A DNA stretch of 64,000 nucleotides from Candidatus Danuiimicrobium aquiferis (GCA_001804285.1 MHFR01000037.1:149952-213951); one strand, 5' to 3'. Numbered from the stretch's first letter, positions 55,410-64,000 are shown. A program made the numbers and translations. Notes: a model not told the origin generated them from the letters alone.

Positions 55410-55476
55410 ACAGAATAAAGTATTGTAAACCGCTCAATCCAAAAAACCGGTCAACTTTAGTTTTTTATATCAAATG

Positions 55477-56580
55477 TCAAACTTTCACTGGCCCTTTCGC
55501 TTTCAATTCTTCAATCGTTTCCTTAATGACTTGCGTCACACCCGTAATATGTTCTTCGCTGACAATTCCAAAGTGACAAATTCTGAAAATTTTTCCGTCC
55601 ATATCACCCTGTCCTCCGGCGAGCGTGTACCCTTTTTTGTCACGGATCGTCGAAACAAGCTTTTTCCCATCGACACCAGCGGGTACATTAATCGCCGTCA
55701 CTGCATTCGACCAGTCTTTTGAAAAAAGCGTCAGCCCGATACTTTTCATTTGAGATCGCGTTAATTCCGCAAGACGCGCACAGCGTTTCCAAATAGTTTC
55801 GATTCCTTCAGAATTAATCATCTTCAACGTTTGCTTGAGCGCTAAAACGAGCGTCAGTGCCGGCGTCCATGGAGTATCCCAGTCCGCCAAGGATTTCCGG
55901 TATGCCCCCAAATCCGCATAATACCGTAGACATTTTGCAGTCTCGTTTAATTTCCACGCCTTTTGACTAATTGCAATAAACGCAAGACCGGGCGGAATCA
56001 TCAATGCTTTTTGCGAGCCGGTCACAACAATATCAACTCCCCACTCATCCATTTCCAACCGGTCAGCGCCAAGGCCGCTAATCGAATCCACCACAAGAAT
56101 CGCCGGCGTCCTGGAAGTCTCTTTCGCCATTCCTTCGATATCAAACAAAACACCCGTTGATGTTTCGCACAGGGTCGCAAAAACAGCTTTGGTATCCGGA
56201 TTATCTTTCAGGGCTTTCTCAAGTTCTTTTGCAGGAACAACTTTCCCATACGGGGCTTTAAGCTGTACCAAATTCATCTGATAACGTTTCGCAAGCGCAC
56301 TCCATCTTTCACCAAACTTCCCGGCCTCAACCACAATCACTTTATCTCCGGGCGAAAGGAAATTCACCACGCTTGCTTCCATCGCGAGCGTCCCGGAACC
56401 CGTCAGGGTATAAACATCCTGAGACGTACGGAAAACAAGTTTGAGATTTTCCGAAACTTCTTTAAACAATTCCCGGTACTGGGGCGTTCGATGATGGAAA
56501 ATAGGCTCAGCCATTACATCTAATGCCTCTTGTGGTACCATCGTTGGACCCGGTGTCAATAGAATGTTCGCTTTTGTCAT
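55477..56580 (-). CDS. Class V PLP aminotransferase (serine-pyruvate/alanine-glyoxylate type; probable phosphoserine aminotransferase)
   Basis: LLTPGPT, HHRT, ETSTGV, VDSIS and GSQKALMIPPG; adjacent to serA. Confidence 0.93.
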   Translation of the reverse strand: MTKANILLTPGPTMVPQEALDVMAEPIFHHRTPQYRELFKEVSENLKLVFRTSQDVYTLTGSGTLAMEASVVNFLSPGDKVIVVEAGKFGERWSALAKRYQMNLVQLKAPYGKVVPAKELEKALKDNPDTKAVFATLCETSTGVLFDIEGMAKETSRTPAILVVDSISGLGADRLEMDEWGVDIVVTGSQKALMIPPGLAFIAISQKAWKLNETAKCLRYYADLGAYRKSLADWDTPWTPALTLVLALKQTLKMINSEGIETIWKRCARLAELTRSQMKSIGLTLFSKDWSNAVTAINVPAGVDGKKLVSTIRDKKGYTLAGGQGDMDGKIFRICHFGIVSEEHITGVTQVIKETIEELKAKGPVKV

Positions 56581-56621
56581 ATCGTTACCTCTTTCCGTTT
56601 GATAATTAATTTTTAAACCAC

Positions 56622-57212
56622 TTACTGACTGAACTCAATGACATGATCAACGATTCCGTAATCCTTTGCTTCCATTGCCGACATAAAATAATCGCGATCG
56701 GTATCTTTCTCAATCCTGTCAAGCGGCTGACTTGTATGCTTAGCTAAAATCTCATTCAACTGTTCTTTTAATTTCAAGATTTCTTTCGCTTGAATATGGA
56801 TATCCGAAGCGCTTCCCTGCGCACCGCCCCACGGCTGATGAATCATCACACGCGCGTGCGGTAACGCAAACCGTTTTCCCTTAGTCCCTGCGCTCAAAAG
56901 AAGCGCCCCCATACTGGCTGCCTGCCCCACGCAATAAGTTGATACATTGCATTTCACAAACTGCATCGTATCGTAAATCGCAAGCCCGGCCGTCACACTT
57001 CCGCCCGGGGAATTGACATAAATATTGATGTCCTTATTAGGATCCTCCATTTGGAGAAATAAAATCTGCGCGATAATCAAATTCGCAATCGTGTCATCGA
57101 TCGGCGTTCCGATAAACACAATCCGGTCTTTCAGCAAACGCGAGTAAATGTCATAAGACCGTTCACCGCGTCCGGTTGACTCAACTACAATAGGCACCAA
57201 ATAACCGCTCAT
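56622..57212 (-). CDS. clpP: ATP-dependent Clp protease proteolytic subunit
   Basis: [21 protein letters not shown] and MIHQP. Confidence 0.98.
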   Translation of the reverse strand: MSGYLVPIVVESTGRGERSYDIYSRLLKDRIVFIGTPIDDTIANLIIAQILFLQMEDPNKDINIYVNSPGGSVTAGLAIYDTMQFVKCNVSTYCVGQAASMGALLLSAGTKGKRFALPHARVMIHQPWGGAQGSASDIHIQAKEILKLKEQLNEILAKHTSQPLDRIEKDTDRDYFMSAMEAKDYGIVDHVIEFSQ

Positions 57213-57283
57213 TTAGATCCTCCTGCGTTTAAGTAAAAGGTAAAAAGTGAAAAATCAAAACGTTATTTTTTACTTTTGCCTTT

Positions 57284-58564
57284 TTACTTTTTACATTCTG
57301 TTATGTTCGCCGTTCCCTTCAGCCATTCTATGACTTTTTCATTAAATATCTGCTGTTCAATCGAATCGAGCCTTTCCTGTTTTTCATGATAGAACGTCTT
57401 CACTTCATCAAACGAACGCCTGGCTCTTTCGGAGATTAATTTCAAACGCGTTTCAATATCGCTGGCCGTCACTTCGATTTTTTCCCGCTTTCCGATTTCA
57501 TCCAGAAGAAACGAAAGGCGGACCTGACGGTCAGCTTCATCACGCAAGTCTTTTGCCATTTGTTCTCTTTGTTTCTCAACATCTTCTTCCTTCGCGCCCT
57601 GCATCCGTATCTGCTGAATCTGGTTTTCGACAAGTGCTTTCTGCCGCCGATCGACCATTCCCTGCGGAATATCAAACTTTGAAATTTTAATCAATTGAGT
57701 AAGCAACTCCCGCTCAAGTTCAGTTTCGGCTTGTTCCTGTTTCTGCTGGCTTAAATCCTTTTTCACCGCAGCCGTCAATTCGGCAAGTGTCTGATATTCA
57801 CCGATTTCCTTGGCCAAATCATCATCCAGATTCGGTAATTTTCTCAATTTGTGTTCTTTGATGGTCACGGTAAAACAGCCGTCTTTTCCCACAAATTCCT
57901 TGTGGGCATAATCAGCCGGAAATTTAATCTTCACCTTGCAACTTTCACCCACATTTGCACCAAGAAGCTGTTTTGAGAAATTTTCAAGATAGTCTTTTTC
58001 CCGGATTTCAAACCATTCCCCGTTCCGTCGCTCGACTTCTTTCCCGTCAACTTCGAGCACATAATCTCCGATAATATAATCCCCGACCTGAATCTCGCGG
58101 TTTTCGACTGCTTCAAATTTGCTATGCGCCTCCTGATATCGTTTCAGAACATCCTGAATATCTTTCTGATCAACCTGTTCCACATATTTTTTTAATTTCA
58201 GGCCGGCATAATTTTCAATTTTAATTTCCGGACGAATTTCAACATGAGCATTGTATTTAAGTTTTTGGTCATTGAAATCGATCTCGTCAATTTTGGGTGT
58301 TCCGATTAAATTAATCCCTTTTTCTTTAACCGCTTCGCGAAAACTTCTAGACAAGAGTTGTTTCAGGACCTCGTCATGAGCCTCTTTTTTATAATGAAGT
58401 GCTACGATATTCTTTGGCGCGTGGCCGGGCCTAAATCCCGGGATTTTCGATCGCTTAGAAACGTATTCATAAAACTGATCAAATTCTTCCTGAATTAAAT
58501 TCAGTGGGACATCAATGGTAAGAACTTTTTCGCAAGGACCAATATTTTTAATATCAACTTTCAA
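57284..58564 (-). CDS. tig: Trigger factor
   Basis: IPGFRPGHAP signature and an FKBP-like middle domain; upstream of clpP. Confidence 0.96.
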   Translation of the reverse strand: MKVDIKNIGPCEKVLTIDVPLNLIQEEFDQFYEYVSKRSKIPGFRPGHAPKNIVALHYKKEAHDEVLKQLLSRSFREAVKEKGINLIGTPKIDEIDFNDQKLKYNAHVEIRPEIKIENYAGLKLKKYVEQVDQKDIQDVLKRYQEAHSKFEAVENREIQVGDYIIGDYVLEVDGKEVERRNGEWFEIREKDYLENFSKQLLGANVGESCKVKIKFPADYAHKEFVGKDGCFTVTIKEHKLRKLPNLDDDLAKEIGEYQTLAELTAAVKKDLSQQKQEQAETELERELLTQLIKISKFDIPQGMVDRRQKALVENQIQQIRMQGAKEEDVEKQREQMAKDLRDEADRQVRLSFLLDEIGKREKIEVTASDIETRLKLISERARRSFDEVKTFYHEKQERLDSIEQQIFNEKVIEWLKGTANITECKK

Positions 58565-58709
58565 TGGACACCTATCATTAAGTTCAAAATAAAAAGTCGA
58601 AAGTAAAAAAAGGAATTATTTAGGCAGTATTTCATGCTTTCGCGGGTAGCCAAACAAATACCCCTTAACAAACCTAAATCTTTTTACTTTTAACTTTTTA
58701 CTTAAATTT

Positions 58710-58785
58710 TGGAGCGGGAGAAGGGATTTGAACCCTCGACATCAACCTTGGCAAGGTTGCGCTCTACCAACTGAGCTACTCCCGC
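58710..58785 (-). tRNA. tRNA-Gly(GCC)
   Basis: GCGGGAGTAGCTCAGTTGGTAGAGCGCAACCTTGCCAAGGTTG...TTCAAATCCCTTCTCCCGCTCCA, 76 nt with encoded CCA. Confidence 0.97.
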
Positions 58786-58946
58786 TTGCTGTTTTCATGA
58801 ACTAACTTTTGAATTTTCAATATGTTATAGCAATCGAATCTATTTCAAAGAAATCCGAAACGGATGTATTATATTGATTCCGAGAAAATCTTCAAGAATA
58901 AAGGGTGAATTTTAATGAATGGTGCAAAACCAAGCTTTTCTACAAT

Positions 58947-59714
58947 TCAAGTGGATTTGCGAGTCCAAATAGATAAATATGTTTTTTGATCTTCCCGGAA
59001 TGCTTGAATCGCCACGCTCGCTACGGATCGCGCATCCACCGGACTCATGCCACGCTCTACGAGCCGTTTAAAGATAGCGTCCGGATACAATGACAGATCC
59101 AACGACTGACGGCCTTTCCGCTCTTTCAGAAATTCAAGTCCCGAAACTTTGAATTTATTCAATAACCACCCCGGTTTTTCATTTTCCATATTAAAAAAAT
59201 CATGCGGTTGCCCGTCATCGACAAACAAAACAACCGAAGCATGCTCATTCTCGCTAATCAACTTATCTAAATCAAACGAGTTTGCTATCATTCCGGAAAA
59301 ATTCTGAAAATGGCTATTGCGCTTCGACATCCGGTCGAATTTATCACTGTTTCCGGCAATGCTTTTGAGTTTCAGCTTCCGCCCAAAATCCTTCCACTCA
59401 TTATTCCGGTTTTTATTCTTCTCAAGCGAAATCAAAATATCGTACGCCAGCATTCCCGCATCGTCTTGCACAATAGTCACATCAAACGATACGGGTTCTT
59501 TCCTCCGGGGTAATTCTTCTCGATAAAGATCAAATAATTGATTACAGACCATAGCACCAAAAGCCGGGGCGATTAATTGATACGGCGCTTCTTTAAAACG
59601 ATCCCGGATGGTTTCTGCTTCGCCAAAATTATCTTCAGGCAAGAGGAGGCTTGTAATAATAAAACAAAATAAAAATACAAACAAATATCGATGAGATATA
59701 AAAATTTTATTCAA
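58947..59714 (-). CDS. Hypothetical exported/membrane-anchored protein
   Basis: 255-aa ORF with an N-terminal hydrophobic segment; no motif recognised. Confidence 0.7.
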   Translation of the reverse strand: MNKIFISHRYLFVFLFCFIITSLLLPEDNFGEAETIRDRFKEAPYQLIAPAFGAMVCNQLFDLYREELPRRKEPVSFDVTIVQDDAGMLAYDILISLEKNKNRNNEWKDFGRKLKLKSIAGNSDKFDRMSKRNSHFQNFSGMIANSFDLDKLISENEHASVVLFVDDGQPHDFFNMENEKPGWLLNKFKVSGLEFLKERKGRQSLDLSLYPDAIFKRLVERGMSPVDARSVASVAIQAFREDQKTYLSIWTRKST

Positions 59715-59743
59715 ATTGCTCTGCTCTTTATCAATTGATCGAG

Positions 59744-59788
59744 CGAACCCTGCCCAATTACTCTGCCAGGGTTCGCCTGAGCGTCAAC
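59744..59788. repeat. 45-bp imperfect direct repeat, copy 1 (contains a hairpin)
   Basis: cgaaccctgcccaattactctgccagggttcgcctgagcgtcaac; the second copy is at 60551-60595. Confidence 0.85.
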
Positions 59789-59798
59789 CAATGACGAT

Positions 59799-59951
59799 TT
59801 ACTTCACGGTATTTGGCGAAATGCGAATGATTTTACCATTTTCCCATATCGATAGTGGTCGACCTGTTTTCTTATGACATTCAACGACTCCCCGCACCGC
59901 TTTTTTCAACGCCGCTTCAGCTTTATCCTGTAGAGACATTCTTTTTTTCAT
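59799..59951 (-). CDS. Small 50-aa partner of the zeta-like ATPase
   Basis: MKKKMSLQDKAEAALKKAVRGVVECHKKTGRPLSIWENGKIIRISPNTVK, starting 3 bp after the ATPase stop; below the ORF-track size cutoff. Confidence 0.75.
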   Translation of the reverse strand: MKKRMSLQDKAEAALKKAVRGVVECHKKTGRPLSIWENGKIIRISPNTVK

Positions 59952-59954
59952 TTA

Positions 59955-60530
59955 TTACCTCACGCTTCTTTGAACTATTTCGAACAAACCATCGTTAAGC
60001 ACTTCTCTATGGCCGTTGCGTCTTTTCGCAATTAGTATGGGTTTTGCCTTAGAGTTATCAAATAACATCCAGGAGTCAAGTAACGACTCGTACAGAGTGA
60101 AGAAATTATTGATGCCGCGGGCAAATCGCCTACGAACATCTTCGGCAGGTACATGATGCCCACCTTCCCGAACTCTTTCTTTAATACGGGCTATTGCCAA
60201 TTCTGCGATAGGAAGCCAGAGAAAGAAAAGATGCAGCGCATAACCTCTTGCCTTTAACTCAGTCAACAAGCCTACATAAGACTTACCGGATAAAGTCGTC
60301 TCAAAAGCAAAATCAACTCCATGTCCCGCATATTCATGAATTTGCTGTAGTACGAGCTTACCGGCTTTAATAGCCGCAGAGCGAGGCTCAAATGGAGATA
60401 GCCCCTTAGCGATAAGGTCAGCATTTACAAAATTAGGGCAATTCACATATTCGGGTAAAAACATCGTAGCAAATGTAGTCTTACCCGATCCGTTTGGCCC
60501 CGCAATAATATAAATTGCCTTACTTTTCAT
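59955..60530 (-). CDS. Zeta-toxin-like P-loop ATPase/kinase
   Basis: IAGPNGSGKTT, VNADLIA, FAFETTLSG and RVREGGH.VP. ATG at 60530 with Shine-Dalgarno AAGGAAGG. Confidence 0.9.
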   Translation of the reverse strand: MKSKAIYIIAGPNGSGKTTFATMFLPEYVNCPNFVNADLIAKGLSPFEPRSAAIKAGKLVLQQIHEYAGHGVDFAFETTLSGKSYVGLLTELKARGYALHLFFLWLPIAELAIARIKERVREGGHHVPAEDVRRRFARGINNFFTLYESLLDSWMLFDNSKAKPILIAKRRNGHREVLNDGLFEIVQRSVR

Positions 60531-60550
60531 AACCTTCCTTATCCGCCCAT

Positions 60551-60595
60551 CGAACCCTGACAATTACGCCTGCCATGGTTCGCCTGAGCGTCAAC
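60551..60595. repeat. 45-bp imperfect direct repeat, copy 2
   Basis: cgaaccctgacaattacgcctgccatggttcgcctgagcgtcaac. Confidence 0.85.
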
Positions 60596-60597
60596 AA

Positions 60598-60665
60598 TGG
60601 CGGGCAGAGGGGGATTTGAAGCCCCATGAGTTTCCTCATTGGATCCTAAGTCCAACGTGTCTGCC
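60598..60665 (-). pseudogene. 5'-truncated tRNA-Leu(TAG) remnant
   Basis: GGCAGACACGTTGGACTTAGGATCCAATGAGGAAACTCATGGGGCTTCAAATCCCCCTCTGCCCGCCA: anticodon arm, variable arm, T-arm and CCA are present; the 5' acceptor strand is missing. Confidence 0.8.
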
Positions 60666-60787
60666 CTTGAGCTCCTTTATAAAATGTTTTTTGATAGTGG
60701 CTCAAGGACTGGTTTTAACTCCCTTATAAAATTACATATAGAAAGTCAAACCTGGCCGACTATCCATTAAATTTTTTGATAATTTTT

Positions 60788-60869
60788 TGCGGCGCGAGGG
60801 ACTTGAACCCCCAACCCTTGCGGGACAAGATCCTAAGTCTTGCGCGTCTGCCAATTTCGCCAGCGCCGC
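60788..60869 (-). tRNA. tRNA-Leu(TAG)
   Basis: GCGGCGCTGGCGAAATTGGCAGACGCGCAAGACTTAGGATCTTG...GGTTCAAGTCCCTCGCGCCGCA; CCA not encoded. Confidence 0.95.
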
Positions 60870-60960
60870 AAGAAATTATCAAAAATCTATAATTTTCGGA
60901 AGTCGGCACTGTCCCAGCTTCCGATTGATATTCATTCTTCTATTTAAATGAACGCTGGGG

Positions 60961-60982
60961 CTGCCAATTTCGCCAGCGCCGC
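60961..60982 (-). repeat. Exact duplicate of the first 22 nt of tRNA-Leu
   Basis: ctgccaatttcgccagcgccgc is identical to 60848-60869. Confidence 0.9.
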
Positions 60983-61132
60983 TAAAAATTCAACCGGAAT
61001 CAAGTGCACGCATCGGACTACGGATTCCTTAGCCGCTGCCGATGCAGTATTTTTTCATCGGAAAAAGTGCACGCGTCGGGAGTGACTTCAATAGTCACCC
61101 CCGGCGCCGTACTTAATTCAACCGGAATTAAG

Positions 61133-61205
61133 TGCGCCCTGAAGGATTTGAACCTTCGACCCACTGATTAAGAGTCAGTTGCTCTACCAACTGAGCTAAG
61201 GGCGC
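61133..61205 (-). tRNA. tRNA-Lys(CTT)
   Basis: GCGCCCTTAGCTCAGTTGGTAGAGCAACTGACTCTTAATCAGTGGGTCGAAGGTTCAAATCCTTCAGGGCGCA; CCA not encoded. Confidence 0.96.
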
Positions 61206-61256
61206 ATGTCGTTTATTTATACGCATTTACAAAAACAGATAAAAACACGAAAAATT

Positions 61257-61277
61257 CAGTTGACCACCAGTTGACCA
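61257..61277. repeat. Tandem CAGTTGACCA, candidate integrase arm-type sites
   Basis: cagttgacca-c-cagttgacca between tRNA-Lys and the integrase. Confidence 0.55.
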
Positions 61278-61326
61278 AATACTATAATATGCATCGGTTG
61301 ATGATCTAACTGTTCGGAGGTGTGAT

Positions 61327-62541
61327 TTGCCTAAATTACGATTCATAAAAAAACATAACGAATTTCAAATTGATTATTATAACAACGGAAAACGTGTCCG
61401 CCGATATCTTGGACCCGATAAGAAGCACGCCGAGGCTGAGCTTAAACGGGTTGACGCTCTGATCAAAGCCAAAAAATTGGGCTTCGAATTAACGCAAGTC
61501 CGACCAGCGAGCGAGTATAATACATCAACTCCCCCTATTTCTGCAACTCCTGATATCAAATTTTCAGCGGCTGACGGTGCCCAGCATATCTCAATCGCCA
61601 AAGCCATCGATATATACTTAGAAAGATGCAAAGGCGCGACTCAATCCAGAAATATGGCAGAAAAAACTTACGAATCCAAGACCTCTCTCCTTAAGCGTAG
61701 ATTTTCGGATTTCTTGCACAAAAAATTCCCGGAACTTAATTTTCTGGATGATATTCAAAAAGTACACATCGAAAGTTATCGGGCTTATCGGATCAATTCT
61801 CGACACAAGAACGCCCCAACAAGAAAAATCAAACCCACATCTTTTAATAATGATCTGCGCGAACTTATAGCTTTTTTCAATTACTGCATTGAAAATCCTA
61901 AGACTTTTTATATTTTCGTTAATCCTGCATCAAAAGTCGCCAAAGTCCAAAAAGCAGACCGAAATGAACGTCTCCCCTGTCTTTCCCCAGAGGAAATTAC
62001 ACAAGTGTTTAAAAAATGCAATGGCGACACTGAACTCAAAACGGTAATTGAAACATTCATTGAAACCGGCATGCGCTTCAATGAATTAAGAAACCTTCGC
62101 TGGGATGACGTTGATTTGTCGAAAAATGTGATGACGGTAAAGAGTCGCGACGAATTTATGACCAAAAGCAGAAAAAGCCGTACGATTCCAATTAGTCAAA
62201 GACTGCGCGAAATTCTTAAAGAGATCCCAAGGCGAAGTGAAAAAGTTTTTGAACTAAATAATGTCCAACGGATGAGCGCAAAAAAAGACAATCTTTGCAA
62301 CATCCGCAAACGCTTTGACCGGATTAAAAAACACCTTCCCTTTTTAAGGACCGGCGAACGTTTTCATATCTTCCGCCACACGGCTATCACCTTGTGGGCC
62401 AATTCCGGCGTTCCGCTTCCTGTCGTTCAAAAGTGGGCAGGACATTCAAGCATTGAAATGACCATGAAATATGTTCACCCTTCTGAAGAGGAAAGTGCGA
62501 AATGGATGAAAAAGTTCTCAGACACACAGCTCAACTCTTAA
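61327..62541 (+). CDS. Tyrosine recombinase/integrase
   Basis: N-terminal arm-binding-like domain. Catalytic R (TGMRFNE), K (TKSRK), HxxR (HIFRH), H (AGH) and Y (KYVH) are all present. Confidence 0.95.
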   Translation: MPKLRFIKKHNEFQIDYYNNGKRVRRYLGPDKKHAEAELKRVDALIKAKKLGFELTQVRPASEYNTSTPPISATPDIKFSAADGAQHISIAKAIDIYLERCKGATQSRNMAEKTYESKTSLLKRRFSDFLHKKFPELNFLDDIQKVHIESYRAYRINSRHKNAPTRKIKPTSFNNDLRELIAFFNYCIENPKTFYIFVNPASKVAKVQKADRNERLPCLSPEEITQVFKKCNGDTELKTVIETFIETGMRFNELRNLRWDDVDLSKNVMTVKSRDEFMTKSRKSRTIPISQRLREILKEIPRRSEKVFELNNVQRMSAKKDNLCNIRKRFDRIKKHLPFLRTGERFHIFRHTAITLWANSGVPLPVVQKWAGHSSIEMTMKYVHPSEEESAKWMKKFSDTQLNS

Positions 62542-62560
62542 AAACTCTTAGAATTTGCAT

Positions 62561-62589
62561 TTGACAACATGTTACTTATAAGCTACAAT
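62561..62589 (+). promoter_or_regulatory. Sigma70 promoter with an overlapping palindromic operator for the TA pair
   Basis: TTGACA-17 bp-TACAAT, overlapped by the imperfect palindrome tgttacttataagctaca. Confidence 0.8.
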
Positions 62590-62594
62590 TCTAA

Positions 62595-62936
62595 ATGTCG
62601 GGAGTACCGATGAATTTTATTGAAATTCTTGTATATCGAACGGCTGACGGTAAAATACCGTATCAAAATTGGCTAGAATCCATCCGGGATGACCGGATGA
62701 GGACCCGCATACGGGTTCGGATTGATAGATTGCGGCTCGGTAATCTTGGTGATACTAAGAGCGTTGGACACGGTGTTCATGAATTAAGAATGCATTTTGG
62801 TCCAGGTTTTCGGGTTTATTTTGGATATGACGGCCAAACCATTGTTGTTTTATTATGTGGTGGTGACAAAAGCACTCAAAGCCGCGACATTGAAAATGCG
62901 TTACTTTATTGGAACGATTATAAATGGAGAAAATAA
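62595..62936 (+). CDS. RelE/HigB-like addiction module toxin (likely start at 62610)
   Basis: RIDRLRLGNLGDTKSVGHGVHELRMHFGPGFRVYF..LLCGGDKSTQSRDI. Confidence 0.93.
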   Translation: MSGVPMNFIEILVYRTADGKIPYQNWLESIRDDRMRTRIRVRIDRLRLGNLGDTKSVGHGVHELRMHFGPGFRVYFGYDGQTIVVLLCGGDKSTQSRDIENALLYWNDYKWRK

Positions 62937-63259
62937 AAATGAAACCTTATGTAAGTTATCATGATCTTTTAATGAGAGACCTCAAAGATCCAAAAGAAGC
63001 TCAAGGATATCTCAACGCAGCTTTGGAAGAGGGCGATGAAAAGCTTTTTTTAGTCGCTTTGAAAAATGTTTTGGATGCACGAGGAGGCTTATCTAAATTC
63101 TCAAGACAAACGAAGCTTAACCGTGTAAGTCTGTACCGGATGTTATCGCGGCAAGGCAATCCGGAATGGGCGAGCATTATCTCTCTACTGCGCGCTTTGG
63201 GCATTCAATTTCGGTTAACTGGTAAAAAGCCGACTACGCTCCACAAAAAAGCAGCGTAA
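62924..63259 (+). CDS. Addiction module antidote (HTH antitoxin)
   Basis: YLNAALEE..ALKNV..ARGG...LNRVSLYRMLS..GNP. Confidence 0.92.
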   Translation: MEKIKMKPYVSYHDLLMRDLKDPKEAQGYLNAALEEGDEKLFLVALKNVLDARGGLSKFSRQTKLNRVSLYRMLSRQGNPEWASIISLLRALGIQFRLTGKKPTTLHKKAA

Positions 63260-63264
63260 CTCTT

Positions 63265-63546
63265 TTACGCTGCGCGAGCATACTCAATCAATCTTGCCGG
63301 AATCATTTCTTTGGTTTTAAGAAACGAGTGCAGCGCTTCCACGGAAATAAGAATTCTTTTTCCTACTCTGCACAGCGCTGGCCTGCTGCGATTAACCTTT
63401 CCGTGAATTAGAAAGCGTTCAGGCTCGTACCGCAAATATTTTCTGAGTGTTCCCTTGGGTATACTCGTAAAAATACTGGCGCCGTCGAGATCAAGATAGC
63501 CTTCGGGCGCAAAAATGAGTCTTCTTAAGATTTGTTTATGAATCAT
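63265..63546 (-). CDS. Small excisionase-like HTH protein
   Basis: YLDLDGASIFTSIPKGTLRKYL ... RVGKRILIS..LHSFL; convergent on the integrase. Confidence 0.65.
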   Translation of the reverse strand: MIHKQILRRLIFAPEGYLDLDGASIFTSIPKGTLRKYLRYEPERFLIHGKVNRSRPALCRVGKRILISVEALHSFLKTKEMIPARLIEYARAA

Positions 63547-63551
63547 TCGGT

Positions 63552-63986
63552 TTAATTTTTGTCTCTAATCGAACCTCCTTTCGGTCTTAAATCCTGAACA
63601 ATACCGGCAACGCCGAGATCATAATCCGACGACTTATATTTCACTTTGCTCATAAGCTCTTTTAAATTGAGCATGTCTTCCGCCTTATAACGCTTTTGCA
63701 ATGGTTCATATTCCATTTGTCCCGGAGTTGTTGAAGGCGGATAAAATCTGCGAACCAGTGTTTCGTTTTTACTATTGAAAAATCCCGCTGCGGTTTTAAG
63801 CCGAAGTTCTGAAGCAATCGCTATCGCAGCCTCCACGGTTTCTTCGCCAAGAAGCGAACGGAAATCAATTCTTTGGTCCAAGCGATCACATTCCTCTTTC
63901 ATTTTTCTTTTAAAAAATCCATCCTCCCATTCATGCAGGATTCCTTTCTCCACCTTGAAATCCGGGAGAAAGATCGTGTGCTGCAT
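63552..63986 (-). CDS. Hypothetical protein (may start beyond the window)
   Basis: 144-aa ORF closely coupled to the excisionase-like gene. Confidence 0.55.
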   Translation of the reverse strand: MQHTIFLPDFKVEKGILHEWEDGFFKRKMKEECDRLDQRIDFRSLLGEETVEAAIAIASELRLKTAAGFFNSKNETLVRRFYPPSTTPGQMEYEPLQKRYKAEDMLNLKELMSKVKYKSSDYDLGVAGIVQDLRPKGGSIRDKN

Positions 63987-64000
63987 ATCCCGGCGATCGG

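Larger units (their letters stand above)
61206..64000. mobile_element. Left end of an integrative element/prophage (continues past the window)
   Basis: Integrase next to a tRNA, followed by a toxin-antitoxin pair and a convergent excisionase-like HTH gene. Confidence 0.7.

Noticed and set aside
55261-55437. N-terminal extension of SerA in the ORF track
   Set aside because: It is a translation of the REP element; a good Shine-Dalgarno precedes the ATG at 55260.
57232-57295. (TTTTTAC)-like heptamer runs around tig (also 58585-58705)
   Set aside because: Low-complexity hairpin or terminator-like sequence; no evidence for a distinct element.
59744-60595. Integron attC sites
   Set aside because: The hairpins lack properly placed RYYYAAC/GTTRRRY ends, and I did not recognise integron-integrase features in the nearby integrase.

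Overview
The window has three parts. (1) Positions 1-35202 hold one giant minus-strand gene that the ORF track omits because its stop lies beyond the window start. It has at least 11,734 codons and its own sigma70-like promoter. Hand translation gives this order from the N-terminus: signal peptide; Tiki/TraB/ChaN-like H-E-R-H domain; DeoR-type HTH; membrane bundle; three tandem TolC-like units; a divergent GT48 (FKS/callose synthase)-like multi-TM region with several internal repeats; then a tail of enzyme modules (HEAT plus class II nucleotidyltransferase, DUF218, GT-A glycosyltransferase, HD domain). A recurring R-[SA]-E-[VA]-R pentapeptide separates the modules, which suggests a self-processing polyprotein (inference). 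(2) Positions 35.4-58.6 kb hold a co-oriented XRE-cupin/TolC/MFP/RND/RND cluster and housekeeping genes (tig, clpP, aminotransferase, serA, purA, uppS, cdsA, dxr, rseP, proS), interspersed with MITE/REP-like palindromes. (3) Positions 58.7-64 kb hold a tRNA-Gly/Leu/Lys integration hotspot with a zeta-like ATPase pair, tRNA remnants and the left end of an integrative element (tyrosine integrase, toxin-antitoxin pair, excisionase-like HTH). The giant-gene style suggests an Omnitrophota-like (PVC) bacterium, which is an inference only. All domain calls inside the giant gene come from by-eye motif reading, not from database searches.
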